Positions 38,590-51,534 of a stretch of 64,000 nucleotides of DNA are shown here, in pieces. Position numbers and translations under genes: made by a program. This DNA is from Chiloscyllium plagiosum (taxonomy: Eukaryota): positions 43,029,248-43,093,247 of the forward strand of contig NC_057719.1 in the NCBI RefSeq assembly GCF_004010195.1. The letters are read 5' to 3'. Positions within the stretch are counted from its first letter, which is position 1. Each line of letters opens with the position of its first letter. The notes beneath the pieces are model-generated. The model saw nothing but the letters and a program-made list of their open reading frames with translations. It ran no database searches and was not told the DNA's origin.

Positions 38590-39055
38590 CAGAATTGGAA
38601 GCAATTCAGAAAGGTTCCCTTGAATTGGAGTTTAGTCTTATGTGGAGAGATTGAGCATTGGAATTTAGAAGAATAAGTGGCAATTCAAGAAACATATAAG
38701 ACTCCAAAGGGTCTTGACAATGTCGATGTTGAGACAATGTTTCCCCTCATGGGGGAAAACCTGGGACTAGTGCGCAGAGTTTTAAGATAAGGAGTTTCAC
38801 ATTTAAGATAGAGTTGAAATTTCTTCTCTCAGAGGATCATCAGGGTTTGGAATTCTCTTCCCTGGCAAACAGGGAAGGCTTGATCATTGAATCACTTGAA
38901 GGATGCGTTAGGAAGATTTTTGATTAACAAGGGAATCAAATTTTAGAGGGAACAGGCAGAAAAGTGAAGATTAGATCACAATCGGATCACCATAACCTTA
39001 TTGAATGAATGAGCAGGCCAAGGGGCCAAATAGCATATGTGCTCTTAATTTGAAT
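38590..39055 (+). mobile_element. CR1 LINE 3' fragment
   Basis: LEFRRISGN..TYK..GLD..FFSQRIIRVWNSLP motif series. Confidence 0.8.
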
Positions 39056-40036
39056 GTTCCAAATTTCTAATTTCCAAAACGTGGTTACTAGTTTAACATT
39101 TAATGTATTAAAAGCAAACCTGCATAGGAATTTTAAAAAATGTGAGAACAACCAAACTATTTTCACCAAGTATTTCAATACAACCAAACTGGAAGTATCT
39201 CCAGTAGACAGCAGTTACTTATTAATTTAAACTACAATCTTAACTACCTGAAGCTAACAAGTTCAAAGGACAATTTTATACTTGACTCAGTTGATAAGCA
39301 ATGCAAAATGACATTGAACTTTGAAGACACGCAATGGGAGCCTACAATCTGCTACATTGTTTTGAAATTTATGTGAATTCAATTATTGTTTCCAGTATAT
39401 TATCCCAAAGTGAACAGCAAGAATTCCTAAGTACAAGATAACATACCAGCAATGCAAAGCAACAAATTAATGAGCAAATAATTTCTGAAGAAGTTACTTC
39501 AGTGTCTAAGGTTACAAACAACGCCACAAACTGACGCAAATACATTAATGATCTTCAATATTTTGCTAGATAAAATGTTGCACACAATAGGAAAGGAGGT
39601 ACACGTTAAATCAACTTGCCTAAATTAAAAAGGCAAATTTAACACAAGACTAAACAAAAACATAGCTACAATGGATTTTTTAATGTATTTGAACATCTTT
39701 TTATGAAATTCAGGATGCATGTTTGCACAGCCAGCATCTGTTGCCTGTACCTAAATGCCATTGAGAAAATGACGAGCTGCAGTTTTGAACTACTGCGGCC
39801 CATCTGATATAGACACATCCCACAGCCCTGTTAGGAATTGAATGGTGACCTGCTTATGTGCACCTCAGGCAAGACAAAAATGAGACATGTTTAGTTTGGA
39901 TGCATGATATCATTGCTACCACTGGGATCTTTCGATTAGGTTAGGCACAGGTCAATTAAACATCATCTTATTCAATCCAATATGCTGGAGGTAACTGATA
40001 TCCTGAGAATGGGATTCTTGACTGACAGTAAAAGTG

Positions 40037-40090
40037 CCATGGTGGCTTCATGGTTAGCACTGCTGCTTCAAAATATCAGGGATCTGGGCC
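40037..40090 (+). mobile_element. HE1-type SINE head fragment
   Basis: catggtggcttcatggttagcactgctgcttcaaaatatcagggatctggg. Confidence 0.55.
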
Positions 40091-40249
40091 TGAGGAAGTT
40101 CCAAGCCCATTGCTCACAGACAGTAGACCAACGTTACAGTGGAGGTTAACGGTAATGTTGAAATTGGTAGTTGAATAGCTGGTGTCAAGATTCTTCATTT
40201 TACAGATTCGTTGAGATTCTGCTGTTCTGATTCCTTTAGACTTGCTCAC

Positions 40250-41520
40250 TGACACTCAGTTTTCATTCTGCCAGGCTATCCGGCTCCTGAACTCTTTACA
40301 ACTTTGGTCCAAATATGGACGAAGAGCTGAATTCAAACGCAAATGTGAGAGTGACAGTCCTTGATACCAAGGCAGCATTTGACTGATGGTAGCATCATTT
40401 TTCCCCTGGCAAAACTACACTCAATGGAAAATAAGGGGGAAACTTTGCACTGGTTGAAGTCATATCTAGCAATACAAAATGGTTCTGGCTCTTGGAGCTC
40501 AATCACCTAAGCTCCAACCTATTATTACAGAAATCCTCAGTAGTGTTGCATTCTCAATCTTCTTTTCAATGACCTTCCTTCCATTTGCCATCCAATCATT
40601 TGTTAATGATTGCACACTGTTCAAAACAATTTATATTTCCTCAGATACTGAAGCAATCCACATCAATATGCAACAAGACCTGGGCAATATCCTGGCTTGG
40701 ACTCATTTTCTGACACACAAGTGCCAGGCAATGACCATTTTCACTGAAAAAGAATCCAATCATCATCCCTTGACATTCAATGGTATTAACATTGTGCAGT
40801 CCACCCATTATCAGCATCCCAAGGATTATCATGGACCAGAAACTGAACTAGCCCAGTCATATAATTCGGCGAAAGTGGAAACTGCAGATGCTGGAGATCT
40901 GAGTCAAAATTAGAGTGGTGCTGGAAAAGCACAGCAGGTCAGGCAGCATCCAAGGAGCAGGAAAAGGATGCTGCCTGACCTGCTGTGCGTTTCCAGCATC
41001 ACACTCTTCAACTCCAGAATCTGCAGTCCTCACTTTCTGCTAGTCTTTCACTATCTACAAGGCACAACACTCTTACCTGGATGAGTGCAGCACCAACAGC
41101 ACTCAAGAAGCTCAATACCACATAGGACAAAGCAGTCTGCTAAATTGACACCACATCCACCACTCATACCACCAGTGTGTACCATCAACAAGTCGTACTG
41201 CAATTCTTCACCAAGGCTCCTTAGACAGTAGCTTCCAAACATATGACGTCTACCATCTTGAAGGACAAGGGCAGCAGATACAAGGGAGCACCACCACCTG
41301 CAAACTCTGCTACAAGCTCTACACTACTCTGCCTTGGAAATCTATCCCAATATATCCCTGTTCTTTCTCCGTCGCCGAATCAAAATCCTGGATATTTTAA
41401 TAGCACTGCTGGTGTCCATATATCCCAATGGCAGCTCACCCCTACCATTTCCAGGTTAATTAAAGATGGATAATAAATGTTGGCCCAGCCACCAAAGTCT
41501 ACATATAATGAACAAATTTT
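40250..41520 (+). mobile_element. CR1/L2-group LINE 3' fragment (same family as 4465)
   Basis: LDTKAAFD, FVNDCTLF..QQDLGNILAW..KCQAMT in ORF 40479-40913; tail aataaatgttggcccagcca. Confidence 0.75.
40868..41040. mobile_element. Palindromic family A pLTR element lacking the central hammerheads
   Basis: Inverted arms about 40871-40951 and 40966-41037. Confidence 0.8.
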
Positions 41521-41559
41521 TAAAAACTGGCCAGCACTGTGCAGAGAATATCCTCCATA

Positions 41560-41680
41560 TTCACTGCCAGTATTGGACTAGGGTGGACAAAGTCAGAAGT
41601 CACACAACACCAAGTTATAGTCCAACAGATTTATCTAAAATTACAAGCTTTCGGAGCGCAGCTCCTTCATCGGGTGAAGC
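41560..41680 (-). mobile_element. PLE-tail element (family D) with hammerhead-like motif
   Basis: Minus strand: cac-CCGAUGA-a-GGAGC-ugc-GCUCC-GAAAG-CUU-gu at 41643-41676. Confidence 0.7.
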
Positions 41681-43229
41681 TCTACACTGTCAGCAATGGT
41701 ACAGTCAGAAGAGTCTGATATAAACTACCTCTTGTCGTGAAACTACACGGATGTGTTTCAGGAATGTGGCTTCCAGGACACTGAACGCTGAGATAATTGC
41801 ACTTATTGATAAGCATTCACTCCGTGTTACTTGCAATACAGAAATATGCGGCTTGAACCCTTTTGTATAATGAAGACCTGATAACTGTTTTGTAATCTGG
41901 TATGGAAATGTGTCATCCTACTTCTCCTTCAGAGACCTTCTTAGCTATGCTAATATTTTCACTCAATAGTCAGCCCTTTCTTCCAGCTAATATGTTTAAT
42001 CGACAATGAACTCACTGTGCAAACTGAGCAGCTTGTTCACTCTGTGGCTTTATGATGCTCCAGTATTATTACATGAAGACAGACAGCTAAATCATATTAG
42101 CCATATTTGCAACACAGTAGAATGAAAATACATAATGACACTCAAAGTTGCCCCATTGGTCCTTTACCGATCTTGTTTGAATACCAGACTTTATGAATAA
42201 CTGACACCAGCCGCCAAGTTCATAGCTTAGACAAAATAAAGGGTGCAACTCCATCAACACTCAAGAAGCTTGACATAATCCATGACAAAGCAGCCCACTT
42301 GATTAGTAACACATCCACTCCCTCAACCACTGATGCTCAGTAGCAGCATCTACAAATGCACCTTAGTCGCAATGGTAATGCATATTACATATTGCATATG
42401 ATGTGTAAAATCATCATGTGTAAAATCATTTTCCCTTGATGCTTTTACATCACCCTTAGTTGTCATCAGCTGCATAACCTGTGCACGTAAGACATAGGCT
42501 GTTTGCCTTAACAGTTTTGAAGTGTAAATACACAAATGTATCTAAACTAGGTTTAATGAAGTCACAAGAAGTGCAGAGAGAATCATACTTTTGTAGTTAT
42601 TTACATAACTATATAGTCTGGATTTTTAACTTTCACCTTTTTAACAATCAAATAGATACTTGTGGAAAAATAAATCAAAATGTAAATCCATTACAACACA
42701 CTGGTGGGAAGCATCACACATTCACCTATATTCGTCTTTTCCTTCCGAGATGTTGACTAACCTGTTGTGTAGGTCCTACATTTAAGGTTCCGGCCTGACT
42801 GTTTTTGCAGGTTGGTAATATGAAGACACACAAGAGTCGAATTGCCCAATAGATCAGCTAGTGCTCACAAAGCTACGCCCTCTTCAGATGAGCAACAACC
42901 TCAGGGTGGGGCAGCCGCTGAACTTGTGTGCACTTTGATGCAACAAGTATCATTATGCAAAGTTGGAAATATGTAGCATTTCAGGCCGTACCCGTTAAAC
43001 GTTAAACACACACTGTGCAGATTCGCGTTTTGACCTTGCACTTGTGATTCAATACGCACCCTCTTCAAAATCAGCAAAGCAAAACTCTGCGACAGCTGGA
43101 AATCAGAAACAGAAAATGGTGGAAACACTCGGAAAGTGTGTCAGCAACTGGGGTCAGCGAGCTGAAGGGATAACTGACACTCTCTCTCTGACATTGCTTG
43201 CAGCTCAATGCTCAGGGAACAAGCAGCTT

Positions 43230-44509
43230 CAATGCCGCAATTCGCCGACAGGGGGAGGTGGGGACACCGCCGCTGATCCTGACGGGCGAAACAGAACCTG
43301 AAGTGTACGGCAAGAGGGAGGAGCTCCTACAGTCTGAGCCTGGTTACCGGCAATGTTAGCGTCAGTCTGACCTTGGTTACTGGGGCTCTGAGCTACAGTT
43401 GGACCCTGGTTACTGGGGCTCTGAGCTACAGTCGGAGCCTGGTTAATGGGGCTCTGAGCTACAGTTGGAGACTGGTTACCTGGATTCTGAGCTACAGTCT
43501 GACGCTGGTTACTGGGGCTCTGAGCTACAACGTGACCCTGGTTACTGGGGCTCTGAGCTACAGTCTGAGCCTGATTACTGGGGCTCTGAGCTACAGTCGG
43601 AGCCCGGTTACCTGGATTCTGAGCTACAGTCTGACCCTGGTTACTGTGGTTGTGAGCTACAACGTGACCCTGGTTACTGGGGCTCTGAACTACAGTCTGA
43701 GCCTGATTACCTGGGCTCAGAGTTACAGTCTGACCCTGGTTACTAGTGCTCTGAGCTACAGTCTGAGCCAGATTACCTGGTTTGGAGCTACAGTCTGACC
43801 CTGGTTACTGGGGCAGTCAGCGTCAGTCTGACCCTGGTTACTGGGGCTCTGGGCTACAGCCTGACCCTGGTTACTGGGGCTCTGAGCTACAGTCTGACCC
43901 TGGTTACTGGGGCAGTCAGCGTCAGTTTGAGCCTGGTTACTGGGGCTCTAGGCTACAGTCTGAGCCTGGTTACTGGGGCTCTGGGTTACAGTCTGACCCT
44001 CGTTACTGGGGCAGTCAGCGTCAGTCTGAGCCTGGTTACTGGGGCTCTGGGCTACAGTCTGAGCCTGGTTACTGGGGCTCTGGGTTACAGTCTGACCCTC
44101 GTTACTGGGGCTCTGAGCTACAGTCTGACCCTGGTTACTGAGGCAGTCAGCGTCAGTCTGAGCCTGGTTACCGGGGCTGTCAGGAACGGTAGCCGCCAGG
44201 TCACAGGTACCAAGCAGCTGGATCGCAGCTTTCGGATTCCATTCTGCTGGTCTCTGGGGTTTGTAGCTCTTTCCACCCCCGCCGTTGAATGCCTTTTCGA
44301 GCTGACTGATCCACCGACTCCGCCCGTTCTCGGACGGCAGTTCCTGGGCTGGACTCTGATGAAATCGGGGACTGTGGTTGGATTGGACCTCTCTCTTGAG
44401 GTGTGTATTAACACTCTTGCTGGAGTTAAAAGAGCAGTTTGGAGAAGTGTTATAACTGGACGTGACATCGGCAAAGTCTCTCACTGATTTATATTAGGCA
44501 AACCCCCAG
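43230..44509 (+). promoter_or_regulatory. CpG-enriched putative promoter / non-coding first exon
   Basis: CpG-rich segments on both sides of the minisatellite (43230-43310, 44180-44350) in an otherwise CpG-poor window; donor cag|gtaaat at 44509/44510; CpG enrichment tails off to about 45500. Confidence 0.5.
43325..44180. repeat. Minisatellite, 33-bp unit, about 25 copies
   Basis: Consensus ctgagctacagtctgaccctggttactggggct; translates as (SELQSDPGYWG)n or (LVTGALSYSLT)n. Confidence 0.95.
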
Positions 44510-46107
44510 GTAAATATTTCTGAAGCGTGATTTCGTTTTATGTTTAAAACAACCATTTCCGCTTCAAGTGAGTGAGAATTTGCAGATCTGTTTTATTTGA
44601 GAGATTACTGGCTGAATCGTGTGCGAAATGGTGCTCGTTATAAATGTAACTTTAACATAAATAGGAATAAACTGAAAGCTTACAGCGTTTTTAAAGAAGA
44701 GAGGTTTGTCTTTGGGGAATTGCTAATCGAGGCTGTTGTTAGTCTGTCATCATTTCCATTCCTGTCGGTTATGAATATGTTTTTCTTTATTCTTTTTGTA
44801 AAATAATCCGACGACAGCCCATTGTGCAATTGCATTGATAATCGTTATCACTTCCGGGTGTGAAGTAATTTTAATATTGTGTGCGTTTTGTCTGATAAAT
44901 AAATACATGTTTCATTTTGATTTGCACCGCTCTTAATAACAAGCCCAGTCTCAAGGTCTGAGTTTTAAGTTAGAGTCAATGAATTAAATATGTCACCATT
45001 ACAGCAATGTTACTCGTAAATATACGATATTAAACTGTATGTAAACATAGTGCTAGAAACTAAAATAAACTGCATTATCAACTGAAAGGTTTTTCATGGT
45101 TTAAAACGAGGCGGATTTGAAGTGTGGAAATAGTGTTATTCAAATTATAAATCGAGAGACTAATGAAAAATCCAGCGAAGAAAAACTTTGCAAACTTACC
45201 CAGCTACTATATATCTGTCTTTTTTGTTACATTTGAAGTGCACAAGTTGGGGGCTGTTTGGTTCATGTTAAGGAACCAGAAAATGGTGAACGTTGTTTTA
45301 TGTATCTGACATGTACATGCAGATAAATGTGGAACCAGATCATCAATAATGGCACAAGTTGGAAGTCAGTTGACTTTTATCAGAGGGGAGATTGTGGCGT
45401 TGAGATTTAAAAATCTGGGATTTCTGTGAATCTTAGCTAAACTGAAAATGAGGAATTTGAGAATTATCTGAGAGCGTTTGACCCAATTTACCCGCCGAGG
45501 GGTCTATAAAGAACTTTTTGTTCTTGTTTCTCATTACTGTATTCCGTCAGCTCTACATTCCAAAAATAAGAATTTTCATTAATACAATAGAAAACCGTGT
45601 TAATCAATGTTTGTGACCAGATTTAGCTGCTAGAACCAACTTCAACCAGAAAGCATAATTTCTAAAGTTACATGACAAATGATTCTTAGTGTCTTATATC
45701 TGGATAGAATACAATTGACAATAATAAGACGATTCATTCTTTACTGTGTAATTAAACACTTATGCATTATTCCCATGTCAATGCATTAAATTTCAATGCA
45801 TTGTCAGTTGGAAACTTTCTTAAATATGCTTAATTTCTAAATTGGAAATAGGGTTTATGCTTAAAGCTAAAATATATTATTTGGAAATACTTCCAAAGTA
45901 AAAATTTTATTCTTTTAATGTAAAACAATCCTAACTTGAGGAAGGATGCAACAAAATATGTTTCAGAGAGAAAAAAAGTCAATGAAAACAAAAAGTTGGG
46001 TTTACTAAAGAGAACATGAAATAACATTTACTTTAAAGAAAAATTCTAAGGTGAACGTTTTAGACATGTCTAACTGAAGTTTCTGTACATTTGATACTTT
46101 ACCATTG

Positions 46108-46441
46108 TACAGTGGCTCAGTGGTTAGCAGTGCTGCCTCAAAGTACCAGGGACCTGGGTTCGATTCCAGCCTTGAGTGACTGTCCATGTGATGTTTGAAC
46201 ATTCTTCTCATATCTGCGTGGGTTTCCTCTGACAGTCCAAAGATGTGCAGGTTAGGTGGATCGGCCATGCTAAATTGCCTTGTAGCATCCAGGGATATAC
46301 AGGTTAGTTGAGTTAACCATGGTTTTAAAAAAAACATGCAGGGTTACAGGGATAGAATGGGTCAGGATGGATGCTCTTTGAAGATTGGTGCAGACCTGAT
46401 GGGCCAAATGGCCTCTTTCTGAACTGTAGGAATTCTATGAT
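46108..46441 (+). mobile_element. HE1-type V-SINE
   Basis: cagtggctcagtggttagcagtgctgcctc..gggttcgattcc (A/B boxes), V domain, tail ggaattctatga. Confidence 0.9.
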
Positions 46442-47629
46442 TTACAGAACATTTACTAAATGAAGTTAAAAACCAGAGATATGTTTCTTTTATGGGAGTG
46501 ATAGTTATGTTAGTTTGTATAATTTTCTGATTTCTGCAGTTTGGAAATTTGTTTCTTTAATCTTGTCAGTTAAGTTATTTGTTTTATTTGTGAATTTGTC
46601 CTGTGATATGCATTAGGTATTTTTAGCATCACTGCTTTTTAAAAAAAATTAGATTGGCTCAAACCTGGAATGAAGTGAAACATGCTAGTTGACGTTTCAG
46701 TACTTTACACAGTGAGTAATAATCTATAGACTGGGAGGTGGCATTTAATCATTTTATGTTAGAGTTTATCAAATTTTGGGATGAGCCAGATGAGCTACGG
46801 TACCTACCAACCATTTATTTTTTCACAGGCTATGGTCATTATTTAATTGTATGGAAATATCACTTCATTTTCACTTTTTTAGGAAACTTTCTATTAATGT
46901 TCACATTCACGTGGCTAAGCACAGCCTTGCCTCGTAATGTTTATAGTACGTTTTAGTCATGAATAGATCATTGTCCTCTTGTCCTATAACCAATTGCACA
47001 CAGATAATATGAATCCTCATTAATTACAATGTACATACCAATTGAAAATACCAATCCTCATAAATTATAGTGCAGCTGCCAATTGCAAATCTGTTCATTC
47101 ATTGCTTTAGAATTTGGTAATCAATGTATTCTTTATTGAATTCATGAATCGTCTGGTTGTTCAGGTGGCAATGGACGGTGTGCCACTTGAAACCTTCCGT
47201 CTGTAACATAGTTTGAATCAGATTAACACATTTGTCTGTGACAAATTTTAGTAAAGCAAAATTGCATGTTTGCCAGCTAAAAAAGATTCTGCTGTCAACT
47301 CTATTTCTCTAAAAGCTGGTTACTGTAAAGATTAATTCACCAGTCAAAATTGTTCCTGTCATGCATCAAGGTTCCCAGAACTCAAGGCAATATGAGGCCA
47401 ATGTTGAAGTGGTTGTTTTGGTCAACCCAAGATACTAAGGAGGCATAGATAAGCTACTATTCAAGTAGCCAGTTTAAAAATTTGTACATGAATTTTGGGG
47501 TTTCCTGTCATGTCTAATAGACTAGACAAAATGTAGCTTTAATTTTCACCCACCTGCAAATGGTTTTTTGATATTTACATCTATTTCTTCCAAAATCAAA
47601 AATAATTAAGTTGTTTTTCAAATAACATA

Positions 47630-47905
47630 TCAGTTTAACCCAGTGGTAGTACACTTTCTTCCAATCTAATGATCATGAATTTGAGCCTTGTTTCATATGC
47701 AGCGCAAAGGGAGTGCTGCATTTTCAGAGGTTCTGACTTTCAGATGAGAAGTTCAATTAGGATCTTGTTTTACTATACCACTGGATGTAAGAAATTTCAT
47801 AACATTATTGTTAAAGTATAGAGTCATCCAGTATCTGAATTAACATTCCTTCTTCAGCCAGTGCCACCAAAAGTAAATTATCTATTAATTTATTCAGCTG
47901 CTTTC
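47630..47905 (+). mobile_element. Decayed Deu-domain SINE
   Basis: agggagtgctgcattttcagaggttctgactttcagatgaga..ctggatgtaagaaatttcataacattatt..ttccttcttcagccagtgccaccaaaa. Confidence 0.6.
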
Positions 47906-48868
47906 CTATTATCAATGTAAGGAAGAAGAAAGTGGAAACTAACTCCTTCGTTCTAACATAGCAGGTCAGAACACATTTTGACCTGAAATACTTTGTGTTA
48001 AATCATTGACTTTTGCACTAGTAGTGGATTTATTACAAGTAATCTCTGTACCCGAAGACCAAGTTTGTATTCTTATTTTGTTGCGCAGTGCTCGCTACTG
48101 AAAATGTGTTCAGCCACTGAAAATGACTTTTGGTTTTACCACATTTTGATTCATCATCAGTAATGTAAACCGTGTAGGAGGCGAAGTCCTGTTAGCAAAA
48201 TACAAATTCTTCATACAAATCCAATTTCTTTCAACCTTTACGTTTCTTAAAGCATTGATGTTTGAAATTGGTATTTTGTTACCCTTTCCTCCTTGTCCTC
48301 GAAAGATGAGGAGAGATGCCTTCTTGAACGGCTATAAGACGTGTCAAATAAGCCAGAATTTATGTTGGTCTGGGTATAATAGCTTTTTGTATGTTTGCAT
48401 AATACCATGCCTAATCTAAAAAATATGCAAAGAATGCTTAACGTTTTTTTCATTTTTTCATAGATTTCATTTCTTTTTTCAGGCTGAAGGAGATAATGGG
48501 CACAAGTGTTGAAGGTCATCTGAAAGCAACACTAGTCTTGCTGGGAAAACAGCTTCATCTATAAAACCATAAACTGCAAAAAGATAGCAAGTATATGTTT
48601 ACACTTTCATAAGCATAGTGTGCAAATTAATAGATCTTTGTATGCAAACTGCAACAGAGTACAGTAAACAAAAACTGGCTGGTGTGTTTCTTTTTCAAAG
48701 CCATTTCATCAGTAATGTTTTAAACTGAGACACACATACAAGCTTGAAACAGAAGTCATTAACGGAAGTAAATTTTCATTATTAATACCCATTGGAGCTA
48801 CAGGTATTCTGAATTTCTTTTGTATGAGAACTACTTACTAGTACAGTCATTAACTATGTGCTGTCAAC

Positions 48869-49855
48869 ATGATAACTGTTGTTATAGATTGTCAAGAAAT
48901 ATCAGCAGCTGTACATTTGCAACAGGATGAAGAAAGCGACAATACAAACAACTTTCTCCAGAACATGGCAGAATGCTTCATGGAACTAAATGGCAATATG
49001 GAAATCTCTGTTCCTTTTGATGATTGTGGATTAGGTGTCAGTAATTCTTCTCTGAGCCAAAATTGTATAGAGGAACAGGATCTTTGCAAAGTTCTTGAAA
49101 ACCAAAGAGACACCACAACTGTACTGAGCACTGAAAAGGCTATCAGTTCAGAAGCGTTAGATCCCAATGCTTCAACTAATGACAGCACAACAGGCTGTAT
49201 GGAGGATCCTGTTGGCAACATGAAACATATCTTAAATGGAGCTGATTTAATGGGGATGAGAAAGGATACATTGCTTAATGCCTCAACAAGTAAAACATTG
49301 TGCTCATCTAAAGGTGAAGAAAACAGTGAATTATGGAGTGACTTTGCAGGTTACTGTAAAACATCTGTTGTACAGCAGCAGTTATTTGGTACTTTTCATG
49401 AATTGTCTTTGAGGGAAAAAGATGATTCTGCTGAGAAGAGTTTTCAGCATTCCAAAATTCCTAATGGTTACTTCACAAATCATCATTTTCCAATCCATCA
49501 TCACAATCCTACAAATAACAAATGTGATAATGAATTGCAAACCTCTGTCTCCACTATTAATGCTTGTGCTCCAATGTGCACGATGTTAAAATTAAATTCT
49601 TCTGTGAATACTGAGGAAGATTTACTTGGATGCAGCAATCCAGAACCACCTGCAGTTTTTGTTGATAACAATTTTGCAGATTCTGCAGTAAATAGGACAT
49701 TTGGAAGTGATGGACAATTAGTCAATGACACAATTCAGATTATTAACTACAAGGAAACTGAATTTTCAGGCCTTGGCTCAGCTGGAGCATTGTGCCCTGT
49801 GAATCCTCCATTTTCAGAAAACCAGGCGATCCTATCTGCAAGTTCAGCTCTGAAG
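48869..49855 (+). CDS. CLBA1: Large acidic first coding exon of an aftiphilin-family gene (probable CLBA1/C14orf79)
   Basis: 339-aa non-repeat ORF with aacATG start; acidic, low-complexity, with WSDF (49334-49345) and FGTF (49385-49396) adaptor-ear-type motifs; phase-0 donor aag|gttagt matches the next exon. Start codon and upstream exon boundary uncertain. Confidence 0.7.
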
Positions 49856-50994
49856 GTTAGTAGCCCAAGCTCTTTAGTAAGTAATTAAGTGGAGAAATGT
49901 CTCAATTTTAACTGTTCACTTAATTTACTGACTCATATTGTCTGACTCAAAATCTTTCAACCAGTGCTGATATCACTCGCACTTGCTGTTTTTAGTAAAG
50001 TTCAAAGAAAAATCTTTGAAAATGAATGAGTCAGTAAGGTTTTTCACACAATTTTAAAAGTGGTTTTGCAAGAGATGCTGATGGTGACATTCCTGCCTGA
50101 AACTTGCTGAACAAAACAATATAATGGAGTGAGTTGCAAGGCTGTAATCTCTAGTTTATCTGGAAAAAGCAAGTTGATTTACAAATTTGTATCTCTTTTA
50201 AATGATGATTTTCACAGTTGAGATCTTGTTTTGCTGATGATTTGGTTGTAATGTTGCCAAAAGATATGCAGTACTATGGGAGAATAAGTAGATTATTTCG
50301 TTATCTATATGGCTTTTTTGAGATAACAACTGAGTTTAGCACTTTGAGCCCAGCAGCTAACCATGACATAACTTGCACATTGAAAGAAGTATTGAAATGA
50401 GTAGTAGAAAATTGCATCAGAAATGATGAATAGCTCAACAGGTCAGGCTGCATCTTTTGAGGATGCAAATTGACAATTAGTACTGAATCCTTTTGCAAAA
50501 ACATGAAAATAGCTAAAGGGAAAGTAAGAAAACATGGAAAAGTAACAGAGTCGATTTGCATGAATGGGAGTATGGTAAAAGTTGAAATCTGGAGTATACC
50601 AAAAATGTAAATCACCAGTGTAATGTTGAGAAGTTGGAGAGGATTCCTGTGTGGAGGCCAACCGTGATCTCTCCTCCTCTTCTTTCTCCCATGTGGAGTT
50701 CCTACTGTTTCTAATTTATATAAACCAGGACAAGATCTGAACTCAAGTTTTGAACAAGCTGTTTTTAAGGAGGTTTAAGGATAGAGGATTGACCAAGAAA
50801 GCTTTGTCATCTTTTGAACTATTACAACGCTGTGGTTAAGGATTTTTGCAACAGACTGGCAATATTTGAGATTTATTTGGGATTAAAAGCAGTTTGGGGT
50901 CAAGTTTAGCACCAACGTTGCAACCAGTCTGATTTAACCTGTGACATTGTCAGGGACAGGGATATATAAGGCTATAGGAGTCCAAGTCAGGTGA

Positions 50995-51080
50995 TTTCTC
51001 CTGACAAAGGAGCATCGCTCCAAACGTTTGCAATTTCTAATAAACCTGTTGGGTTATAACCTGGTGTCATGTAACTTCTG
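50995..51080 (+). mobile_element. PLE-tail element (family D), decayed
   Basis: ctgacaaaggagcatcgctccaaacg..aataaacctgttgggttataacctggtgtc. Confidence 0.6.
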
Positions 51081-51534
51081 ACCATATGCCAAAATATGCT
51101 CAAGTCTGCTTCATGGACTTGAAGAAACCAAGCTGTACCATCTGGTTCATCTAAAGAGATTGGTTTATTCTCAATCACACACCAGCTTTGGAAATTGCAG
51201 CACCTGACACCATTTTTCTGCAACTCAACCTCTTTCCCAAGTATGAAAGCAATAGAAGGGCCAACATTTTCCTAATTTAACCGAATGCCCCAAACTTGGA
51301 TTAGTCATCACATTGTAATTTTTCTCAGTGAAGATTTATTTGGGCCCACAATGCTCCATGAGATTTGCCATGGCATAAGCCATGTGGCAAGAGAATTGAG
51401 TTGTGATATCCTCTCTGATTATACTTAGACATTGTTAGCCAACTTTACTGTTTTAGATGTAGTGTAGAATCTTCTCTAGTTGGATAGTTATTAATTGAAA
51501 CAAAAGCAAAGTATTGTTGATGCTGTAGATTTTT

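Noticed and set aside
1..43200. Expected first exon of AHNAK2 (MCDCF..) on the minus strand, by human synteny
   Set aside because: I could not find such a coding sequence by eye, so it is not annotated
43373..44487. Repeat ORFs resembling prion or ice-nucleation repeats (SELQSDPGYWG)
   Set aside because: Several frames on both strands are open simply because the unit is 33 bp; ORFs begin at non-ATG codons and are broken by a stop and an indel; no signal peptide or flanking domain
46108..46180. tRNA gene-like A/B boxes (also 52686, 35900, 40037, 18400)
   Set aside because: They are SINE heads that continue into V-domain or LINE sequence; no complete cloverleaf
50218..50400. Possible extra exon after acceptor-like ttttcacag
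   Set aside because: No convincing donor or recognisable homology; the flanking exons already join in phase
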